DNA of 64,000 nt from Vitrella brassicaformis CCMP3155 (Eukaryota; Protista; Chromerida). A program made the position numbers and the translations under genes. The first letter of the stretch is position 1, and each line of letters opens with the position of its first letter. Where the stretch lies: the NCBI GenBank assembly GCA_001179505.1, contig CDMY01000164.1:116852-180851 (forward strand), in the 5' to 3' direction. Below, in pieces: positions 24,077 to 33,949 of this stretch. The notes beneath the pieces were generated by a model. The model saw nothing but the letters and a program-made list of their open reading frames with translations. It had not been told where the DNA came from and did no database searches.

Positions 24077-24680
24077 AATACGAATTGACAGTTGTCGGCT
24101 GGTCTGTCGACTTGGATGTGAAGTCGAAAGAAGATCGTGGCACAGTGGAATCTCGGCTTTCTGATGCTGAAGAGGTTACGTCATCGCAGATCTGCCTGAT
24201 GCACGATTCAACCCATATGTTGGAGACGAAATCTATCGACGCACTCCCGGAAATTATCCAGCTTGTCCATGACAAAGGATATAAGTTTGTGACCCTAGAG
24301 GAATGTCTCAAAGGCTAAGGGCTTCCAACACAGAGACACAACATGTTCTCTTTCTGTTTGCAATGTCATGAGAGAAAGAAAAAAACCTTAAGAGCTTATA
24401 CGCAGGCATACTTCAACTTTGTCAGGACACGCATTCAGGAAAAAGACTAGAGCTGTCGAATATATGAAATCCGGATGCAAAGTTTCTTTCCTTCTCGACG
24501 AAGTTCAAAAGGAACAGTCTGTCTCTCAATCATTCACTTTCCGAAGAGATTTAATATTGACATATAATGTGTGTATTCTCAACAACGATCCCCGCCATCC
24601 TCAAATCCATCCATCGCACTCTTGCCACATATCCATCCACCTCTTCTCTACTATCTACAAGGATCGAAATCCCAGACTGG
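24077..24680 (+). repeat. second copy of the deacetylase last exon (24077-24318) and its 3' flank
   Basis: YELTVVGWSVDLDV..ECLKG* repeats 22900-23141 with a few substitutions (EDVTSS vs EEVTSS). The flank differs by several indels. Confidence 0.9.
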
Positions 24681-24681
24681 C

Positions 24682-24830
24682 CACCCCGTGGAAGCCTCCT
24701 CCGATTTTTTGAGGGGTTTGGGACGTCTTAGAAAAAAAGATGGGGGGGTGTGGAGGGGCGAAGCACCCCGGGTTTTCGCCCGTGGAAAATGGCTCTTGTT
24801 ACCGCAAGAGATTGAGCCCAACACACGAGA
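24682..24830 (+). mobile_element. truncated copy of the hAT-like family
   Basis: CACCCCGTGGAAGCCTCCTCC terminus plus internal sequence matching about 58895-58995. Confidence 0.7.
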
Positions 24831-25189
24831 TCGAGCTCTGTGTTGCGGCCGGTCTACAGGCAAGATGTGTGGGTGGTGTTGGGACCGGCCCCCTTCTCTG
24901 GCACTATGGAGCTACCCGGTGGACTGACGACGATGAACCTGCAATGCATACGACAGCTCAGATCAGTTTCACGAATCTTGCTCTAAGCTGAAAGCTGAGC
25001 TGGAGGGTGCTTATGCAGCCCCGATTTGAGTTTTGCGGCCTCCGACAAACCAACTTTTTTTCTCCGGCAAACCAACTTTTTTTTCTAGGGGGTCTTTTCA
25101 AGATCTGTCTTCGGATATCTGTGGAGGGGGTCACCGCGAGGAACGAGTTTGCTTCGAGGTTCAAATCCGGTCACTCGTTTGCGCGAAAC

Positions 25190-28110
25190 ACGGCGGCAAA
25201 AAACCCGGAAAATCGGTTTTGGCTGTTTTCTCTCGGGTTTTTGGTGCGTTCGCCGCGCAAGTCTGTGTGTGAGTGCTCCTTTGTGTGCTCTGTCCTCACG
25301 CAAGCGGTCATCGCTCTGCGTTTCGTCAAACACGAGAACCAGCCACCGAAAGTTGACGCTGCCGTCAACCCAAATCACCACAATTGTGTCAATGCATGAT
25401 ACATTTCGCCACGCTGTGTTCACACGTAAGCGCTACTTGCTTTTCGTTCCGTCAACAAGAAGAACCAGTCACTGAAAGGTTACACAGCCATGAACCATCA
25501 GTCACACAATGCATCGTTCACGGCACAACTGCTTTACGCTCTCTTCGTACGCCAGTGGCCGTCGCTCTTCGACCCGCAAACGAGACCATAGCCGCTGAAA
25601 ACTTGCTCACCGCTAGATCCACCGCAATCTCCTTGCACACGCTTCAAGGTCGATCTGGTTGATGAGAATATATGCGCACAGACGCTGCCAAAAAGGAGTC
25701 TGCTTCTAGTCGCAATTGCGCTTTCTTGTTGGCGGAAAATGTGGCGAACATAGGCGAACACTGGTGTCGGTTACACGGAATTTGGGCTTCTGCTGATTTC
25801 TCTCGGGACTGCGATGCATTCGATGCAAAAGCATGTATGTCTGATACATTTCGTCATGTTGTGTCTGCACGCCAGCGGCCATGGCCCTGCGCCGTTTTGA
25901 GAAAGAGAACCAGCCACCGAAAGTTGACACAGCTGTGGACCTAAATCAGCACGATTGTGTCAATGCATGATACATCTCGCTATACTGTGTTCACACGCAA
26001 GCGGTCAGCTTTCATTACTCTTGTCAAAAAGGAGGAACAGCCACCCGAAGTTCACACAGTTGTGTCGGCCACCGAAAATTTACACATTCCCTCGCGTTTT
26101 TTGACACCGAATAGATGTTCAGTCAGCTGCTTGTTATCGGCAGCACACCACACATCAACCTATCCATTACGTTGGCCTGCATCGGGATGACGCGACAGAC
26201 TGTGGCGTTTGCCAGTGATGTGGCGAGGGATCAGCAAGTCACTGAGTGTGAACGACAGTGACATCGACAATCTCTCTCTCGAATGAATCTTCGCCGAGAA
26301 GTGGCTCAATAAGTGTCAAAGGGCCTCTGCGGAACAAACATCGAACGCACTTCTTGAGCTGACGATGACTTCTCAATTCATGTTCCAACTTACTATGGTG
26401 CGATTTGGTTCTTTGACATTGCTAATTGTGTCTCCCTCCCTCCCTCCCTCCCTCCCCTCTCTCTCTCTCAATGATTACAGTGGGCCTCGGATAAATGGGG
26501 CACGGCCCAGGTGTTTTATATAGCGTTTTTCCCATATATCCGTTGTCCCATTTAAGCGAGGCAATGCACACGCCTTCTGCTTAGCCGTCTGAGTCACCAG
26601 TGCATCGCAGCAGGCCACCTGACTCGCCTGGCGTGAGCTTGGCCCGGAAAAAAGAAAAAAAGCAACCCGGCCGGCGGCGTGGATGAGGAGAGCGAGCAAA
26701 GCAAGTGCTTGAGCGTTGCTTGGGCGAGACAGACAAGCAGGAGTGATTCACCGGCGAATGAGTGATGGAACACGACGAGCTATCGACAGATTGAGTGATG
26801 GAATGTCCAGAAACACTCATGAATCATGCAGAGACAGTCACTCACCACACCATCACACCTCTTACCTGCTTACCACTATCCTCCTCTGCCATAGTCTGCT
26901 CGGCACTCATCTCTCGCTCCCCCTCACTCACGAATGATGAATGATTCACTCATTCTTCTCAAATCACTCCTTCTTCTCAGATCACTCAAATCACTCAATG
27001 AATGATTCGCTGTCGAAAGCTTGAAGGTCGAACAACGTGGAGAAGAAGCTCATGGCTGAGCAGAGAGGAGACAGACGGTGCGATGATAACGTCTACGGTT
27101 CTCGAGAGAGGCGGAGAAACTCTCGAGACTCTGAGTAGCCCTCCTCACTCCGCTGGTGGGGAGGGCCGCAGGTGGCCACCTGCTCGTCTGACGATGGTTT
27201 TCGAGTCGCTCTCTCACTGCAAATGCTATGATGTGCTCAGAGGCAAGCCATTCATGGTGCTCCGCGGCTTGTTTGCTTCGCTGCTTTTCGTTTGCTTGCT
27301 TGGCCCCACTTTGGCGGCCCCGATCTCGGCTCTTTATGGGCGTTTGACGGTAAAATTCAATTCACAGTGATCAGTGAGGCACGCTGGACCACATGCAGGT
27401 CATTGCGACTTCTCACAATGAATGAATGTCACCGGCTTCGACAAACGCGCAAAGTTTACATCGGATAAATGGGATTTTCCCATATAACGATTTTCCCATA
27501 TAAGCAGGGTCCCATTTATCCGAGGCCCACTGTAGACACCTGTCTTATTGACGCTGTCCAATACTTTGGTTTGAGGCCCTCTGGCAGCTAACTGAAGCAA
27601 CTGCAGCCATATTTGGGTTGAGTCCACGAGACATCAATGCCACATAAAAAAAAAGACCGCCGCCAGACTGTACGCCATTAGGATGGGGTAAATAGGTGGA
27701 TGCTCGCCGAGTTCATGGCACGTAGATTGATAACATCCATGAATGAACAGACATCGGCCGAGACATGACATCCATGCGGCATCATTCCAACAAAAATGGC
27801 GGATCAGTCATGAAAGACAAGGCCGCCAACCGTGCATTCTCCAGCAGCAGACCAGGCAGGCAGCTCTCTAAGGCGTCGCAGCCCTTTCCCAATATTGCCG
27901 TCAGCCAGGCGTCTCTTCTCCCCACGGGCGTATACGTAGCACTTGCAACAGCCACCGGCGGCATCCCCTCAGCGAGAGATCCGAGGCATTCATATCCTTG
28001 GCAAGGCTCAGGCAAGGAAGAATCCGGATCTGTGGGGTCCGCCCCCCAGTCAGCATTTCGCACCCGGGCCTCATTCTGACGTCAAGGCCCCAGCCTAGCT
28101 TCGGACATTC
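25190..28110. repeat. right arm of the long degenerate inverted repeat, interrupted by a Tc1-like MITE
   Basis: Reverse-complement matches to 17950-20990 in mirror order. Confidence 0.85.
26478..27532. mobile_element. non-autonomous Tc1/mariner-superfamily element (1055 bp), 22-bp perfect TIRs, TA TSD
   Basis: TA|CAGTGGGCCTCGGATAAATGGG..CCCATTTATCCGAGGCCCACTG|TA, with subterminal CCCATWTA repeats and no transposase ORF. Confidence 0.9.
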
Positions 28111-29889
28111 GACACACAAAGGGAAGCTCCAGTTAACAAAGAGATGCTCCAACTTAAATGTTCAAACGCGGAAACAAGCGCGGAAAACAAATGCAACCGA
28201 CAAGAACCGAAACCTTTCCTCCGTCAGCACCAGTCAGCACAACTCACCTTGCACAAGGGCGGAGATGAAAGACCACAAGGGCGGGGTGTCTGTGATGCTG
28301 TCTTGAGCTTGCTACTTCGTCCTTTGACGGCCAACACATCGCCTGGCTTCGGAGACACGTGTGGATTAGCGTTCGTACAACATTCCACACCGCTCTCTTC
28401 GCTTCCATCATGCATATTCCTCTACTTCCCCTCTCTTTACCGCTCCGGCTCAGGTGAAGGGCGATGGATGCAGCATTTTCTGCACCTCCCGTAAGCGGTG
28501 CGGTTGGCGTAGGTTGCGTAAGAGTGCTCGCTGTCCCGCCAAGTGTACCACTCGTTCATCGTCGATCCACTTGAGGCGCTCAACGAGGTACTTGTGAGCT
28601 ATGTGCTCTCGTGTCGCAGCTGCTAACGCCCCTTTTCTTGAAGGGAAGCAAGTCTGGGCTCACATGATATATACTGTGACCCTTGGGTATTTATACTTTA
28701 TTAATCGCCGAATGTTCCGATGTAGGGCCATTGTAGGCAAAGACGCCTAGGTCGGTCGGCATACCTAAGCAGAGTACCTCTATCTTCCGCTTACAAAGCC
28801 CAATCATCGCTCACAAGCCGTGTCTCAGACGTCTCTTCAGTCAGATTGACAAAATAATCCATTCTTTTTACTCATGTCCAGCCACTCCTTCCAGCCTGCC
28901 ACCACAGAAAGGCACACGACATGTAAGACATACATGAATGAATTCAAGAACAGCGAGACGCCGGGGTTTTCGCTGCATATGTATGTCTTATAGGTATGCC
29001 CACAAGCAGAAGATGCAACCGTCTCCGCTGCATCTGCCAGAGGGAAGTCATCCTAGATGCAGCACTGTGGATGGGCTAGTATAGCATGCAGAAACCTGCG
29101 CAACACACTAATAGATGACGGGGGATGGAGAGAGACGAATTTATGCATGCAGGTAGCCACTACAGCGGGAAAGAAAAGGACTAGAGCTGTCGTGTGCATC
29201 CCCCGGCCCACATACCGCCGGGGTTTCGAATGAAATGGACAATCTCATCCCCAGCAAAAGCAGAGGTAATGGCTTCGCTCCCATTGCGCTGGCAACTCGG
29301 AGTTCTGCGAGGAGAATTCAGCAGCAGCGGTTTCAGGAGCACCCTAGGCGGCCTGACGGCCAGGTCAACCGTGCCATTAGATGAGTCAAATGGAGATGAA
29401 TGCCTCTGAGGATTGTTGCAAATATACAACGCTTTCGGCGGGTAGCCGGACGGTTCTGCATGGGCTGAGGAGATAGAGGCTTGTGGCTTTCTTCACGTAT
29501 GTATAGCCGAAACGATATCTTCGGAAAGTCCTCGCTCGGTTGTAAACCGCCAGTGATGATTTCGGGAGCCGCCTGAACTTCACCACTCACCATGATGTTG
29601 ACAGTGTCCTCTAATCCTTGACGGAGATGACAAATGGTGAGTGGTGATAGTGATGCGACGAATGTATCCCTTTCTCGTATGTGAGGCGCACTTCATCGTC
29701 TTGTGTTAATAAAGCATCCTGCTGCACATACCTGCACGCCAACAGACACAAGATGCAGGTTCAGATCACCGTTGAGCGTGTCAGCCCGTGGCCATCGTCG
29801 ATGAAAAAGGTTTGGGGTTTGAGGTTATGAGCGCCACGCTAAAGTTTTCTTGACGGTTCTATCCGCGCATTGGGCCCATATGAAACAAC

Positions 29890-31270
29890 GCGTCCGGCAG
29901 ACAAACCGTTCGATCACGATCGTATGGAAGAGAAATCGGTACCGGTGTTGTGTTGCTTGCAGTACTACACACACGTCAACGTGTCGAGAAGCTTCGTGTT
30001 TTTCGTCACGTTTTGATCAGTGTGATTGAAAATTCCCTTGAGATGTTGGAATGATGTGTCGGCCCGGAGATGGATAACCTCGGCTATAGCCTAATTGGTT
30101 TCTCAACAGAAGAAACTCGCGCTTGCGGGTAAAACGAGGCAACAGGATCATACTCATCTCCAAACGAATCATCGCCATCCCTTATGTCCTTCTTGGGTGC
30201 CTCTTCGCAGGTCGAACTTCTGGCGGTTGACGGAAGAGATCCCGTCGACTATCATGTGGTGGATAAACTTCGAATATGCGGTCACCATCGATTGTCTGCT
30301 GCTTCACCGCTTGACGCCGCAGCCTCTTCTCACCGCTCCCGAAGCATCGAAGAGGTGCAGGAGCGAGTCGATGGTCGAGCCTTTCGTGTTATCTGCAGCC
30401 ACACCGGTGTTATCTGCAGCCACACCGGTGTTATCTGCAGCCACACCGGTAAGTGCCGCCAGACACAGCAAAATAAGCCTTCGCGGCTTTCATGACGGTC
30501 TTGTCGATGCCGCTCTCGCGGGTCAGGCACACATTCGCAATGACACGATGTACTTGTTGTCCCTCAGGTCTTTGTAGTGGTTCAGCAAGTGGATGCAGAT
30601 AATTTGGAACGCCCGCATCTGCTCTTCGTTCAATCGGTAACTGTTCGCCCACAACGGAGAAGGTGTTGTCGTAGACCGTCTCAGGCGGCTTGAATGCGGA
30701 CGCCGGCTGCGCCAGCAGTCGAGTGAGATCGGTGGTATTCATCGAGTGACCACCGTGTGTGAAGAGATTCGACTCCAAGAGAAGCTACTCACTCAGAAGG
30801 CTTGCTTCATCTGACGTGGCGCGGCTGTGGCCGATTTCATTTACCTTATTGCGTTGCTGGTGCAGGTCATCGTTGGGCTGATCCTGGCGGTTCCCATTTG
30901 ATTGACAAGCCGATTGACCGTCATCAAGGGCAGTCGTCGATAGCCCCTTCAACAGGCACATCCAATTGTATCCAGCGATGCATTGATATACTTCGCGAAC
31001 GTCTTCAACACGGGCGCAGCAGGAGCGGCAATAGGGGGATGGGGTGGCTTGCGTTCTTGGTGCAGCCACTCTGAATACCTGCATGTTATCGCCACGTCTG
31101 TCGTCAAGATCTGCATGTTTTTCGAGCTCTCGCCATTGTTGCATGCGTCGGTGTGCTTCTCGAAAACACTCGTGCTGTGCATGTCTCTGTGACGCATAAT
31201 TGAACCACCACTTCGCACGCTGCTTTCGACCCTCGCCCAATTCGCGGCCCGGGATGCCCACGCAGTGGGT
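29890..31270 (-). mobile_element. decayed PIF1-family helicase, probable Helitron remnant (copy 1)
   Basis: MCLTRESGIDKTVMKA (decayed Walker A), LTGVAADN..KGSTIDS (motif Ia), MIVDGIS (decayed Walker B). 30470-31270 matches 55960-56730, and 29890-30010 matches 54700-54825. No Rep nuclease domain was recognised. Confidence 0.7.
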
Positions 31271-31384
31271 GCCCCTTACCCGGAATATGAGGCTCGAGTT
31301 CGGGGGTCTAGGGCGTTCGTTAAACGACTATGTATTGAGGAAAGGTTTGAAGCCATTCTCTATTCGTCTAGGCATCGCAGCGAC

Positions 31385-32097
31385 ATGAATCTTTTCCAGG
31401 TAACGAAGCGAGTGATGAGCCTCTGTTTGACTCACTCGCTATCGGTGGATATTTCTTCCTGCAGGCTCGGTCACTTCTGCTCTTCTACTGTCTTCAAGAT
31501 GGGCCTGCATCCGACGCGCTCCTCCCCTCCGTCCTTCCGCAACGTCGACGACCAAGCGCGATCAAGGCGCAGCTTAACTCACCTCGAGACTGCAGGTGCA
31601 AAGGAATTTGCTTGGCTGTCGTCGCTGCCTGGGATGCAAGACGTCGCTCATCTCGGATGGCCAAGCCATCTCTACTAGCCTATGCTGCCTTCTGTCCCCC
31701 CTCCACCATCCTTCAACGCTTCCACTTGTCCACGTCCCCGTCTGGCCAACTTTCCCCTCCGTCCCGCCTCCCTCTTGTCTTCTCTGCCTCCTCCAGCATG
31801 CTGCCCGAGTGCGACGACCACGTCGGGTCTTTCACTGTGGGTGATAGGGTGCGGGTGATAGAAAGCACCGTGGTTTTGTGGCACAGGCCGGCGTTCCGCA
31901 AAGAGGGCTTCAACCCGCGTGGCTTGGTGGGGACTGTAGTGAGGGTCCGCAACGAACAGAGGCTGACCGTCACTAAACCGCTAGTGGTCAAGTTCAACGA
32001 ACCGCCATTCTCGGCACATTTTTCCTCAGACGAGCTTGAGCTGATCAGCACTAGCTCAGTTGATGAAGAATGGAAGACTGGAAGAATGGGATACTGA
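31385..32097 (+). CDS. ftrV: ferredoxin-thioredoxin reductase variable (alpha) subunit, nucleus-encoded with an N-terminal extension
   Basis: VGDRVRVIESTVVLWHRP..FNPRGLVGTV..KPLVVKF..FSAHFSSDELELI follows the FTR-alpha pattern (VGDRVRV..V.H.P..F...G..G.V..P..VKF...F.AHF..DE..LI). The 5' model (ATG 31385, intron 31400-31464) is less certain. Confidence 0.85.
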
Positions 32098-32365
32098 GTT
32101 GTCCAGTATTCCAACGTTGCGCCATCGCATCCGAATCATGTTTGATGGACATTTAGGTTGTGGATGGGTCGTGTGTTTGGGTTGTGTGGTTCGGCTAAGC
32201 GCTCAGTGCGCTTTGTTGAGTAGATACATGAACGGGCGAGGAAGTTCGTCTCAGCATCAGTCCATATCAAGCGTCCTCCATGCATGTCTGCTGAATCAGA
32301 CACGTAGGACATGTACATGCATGTAGATGCATTGCAAGTACAAAATTCTGCCTTGTGGGTTGATA

Positions 32366-32760
32366 CTGTGAGGGTCGGATAAGTGGGACACGGCTCAGGG
32401 TGTCATTTGCCGTTTTTCCCATTTATCCGTTCCCATTTATCCGACCCAAGTTCACACGCCTTCTGCTTGTCCGTCTGTCACCAGGGCACCGCAGCAGGCC
32501 TCCTGACTCGCCTGGCAGCCGTCGAGCTTGTCGAGTAGCCAGACTCGAGCTTGGCCCGGAACAAAAAGGGGGAAAAAGGCCGGCGGCGAGGATGAGGAGA
32601 GCGAGCGAAGCAGGTGCTTGAGCGTTGCTTGGGCGAGACAGACAAGCAGGAATGATCACTGGCGAATGAGTGATGGAACACGACGAGCTATCGACAGATT
32701 GAGTGATGGAATGTCCAGAAACACACATGAATCATGCAGAGACAGTCACTCACCCCACAC
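32366..32760 (+). mobile_element. truncated relative of the Tc1-like MITE
   Basis: TA|CTGTGAGGGTCGGATAAGTGGG terminus. 32440-32760 is highly similar to 26560-26850. No right TIR was found. Confidence 0.75.
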
Positions 32761-32949
32761 CAACACACCTCAATCGATCTCTAAGTTCGCCTTTTCACCA
32801 CTATCCTGCTCCGCCATAGCCTGCTCGGCATTCATCTCTCTGCTCGGCATTCATCTCTCGGCATCATCTCGGTCATCTCTCGGCGCCCTTGACCGTATTC
32901 TCTCGTTACTTATCTGATCAACGGCCGGACCCATCCGCATCACACACGC

Positions 32950-33900
32950 GGAATAAATGTAATGGTGCTGACTGACCTTGACTTTGTAGGTGTTAGCTGT
33001 GTTGGATGGGATGCGCTCCCGGTATGCTGGCGGGGGATAAGCCGAAAAAGGCCCCCTCACATGTGAGTGTGAGTGTCACATGTGAGTGTGAGTGTCTTGC
33101 TAGTGGTGAACTCCCGGCCGTTTGGCTCTCGGTCGCCAGGTGCAGGGTGGCCGTCCGGGTGCCGCTCTTGGACGGGATGCAGCGGACCTGATGAAATAAA
33201 CAGCAGACCACCCAACACAGACCAACAGACGGACGAGCAGACATCAGGTCACTGGGTGTGGTAGGTCTGCCCTTTGGGCGAGACGGTGACTATCATGCCC
33301 TTGGGTGGCAACACTTCAAAATCATTGGCGTGGTCTCCCGTCACGTCTTGCACTTGCACGGCCAGGACGCCGGGGCCACTGTTGGCTATGGGCACCTCAA
33401 CAGCAGGGCTGGGCACGTGCACAGCACTCTTGCCCACTGACAGACTCGCAGGCAGAGCCGGCGACAGACTCGACCCGCCCAACGCCAGCAGCCGCAGGGA
33501 AGAAGTCACACCGCTGCCGCCGCTCTGGATGTCCAGCGTGGCCCTGCATACATGAAGCCAAAGACAAAGAATACGGCAAAAAGGTGTCTGGATGGATGGG
33601 TGCAACATACCCGTATTGGCCGGCAGTTACAGCGTCGACTTCGACTGTCACATCGACTGTGGCGCCCGCTGCTACTGTGGGCGTCGCCAAGTACGACACG
33701 GCGTTCGTCAAACCTGCCGTCATCTGCACTTATACATGTCAGGACACCCACTTCTTCTGCACTACCATAGACAGACAGTCAGTCATTTGGTGGATGGCTT
33801 ACCTGGAGGATGGCTGACCGTCAACGGTCAGGAACGTGTCGTTTTCAGAGAGCAGCAGGACCTCCTTCTGGACCTCTTTGTAGGATAAACGTATGAATCC
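32950..33900 (-). CDS. multi-exon gene with Ig-like beta-sandwich repeats (ASPM-SPD-2-Hydin / choice-of-anchor-D-like)
   Basis: Exons TVAAGATVDVTVEVDAVTAGQYG/ATLDIQS and VPIANSGPGVLAVQVQDVTGDHANDFEV../VRCIPSKSGTRTATLHL show the I.N.G...L.V...F.V..V...P...G...A.L pattern. Confidence 0.5.
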
Positions 33901-33949
33901 ACAGACCAGTGTCTCAACAGCGAGTGTCTGTACATTCTATCAGCATCAT

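Noticed and set aside
28440-29660. Possible transposase fragments (YLVERLKWIDDERVVHL..; FRRLPKSSLAVYNR..)
   Set aside because: Too short and interrupted to assign by eye.
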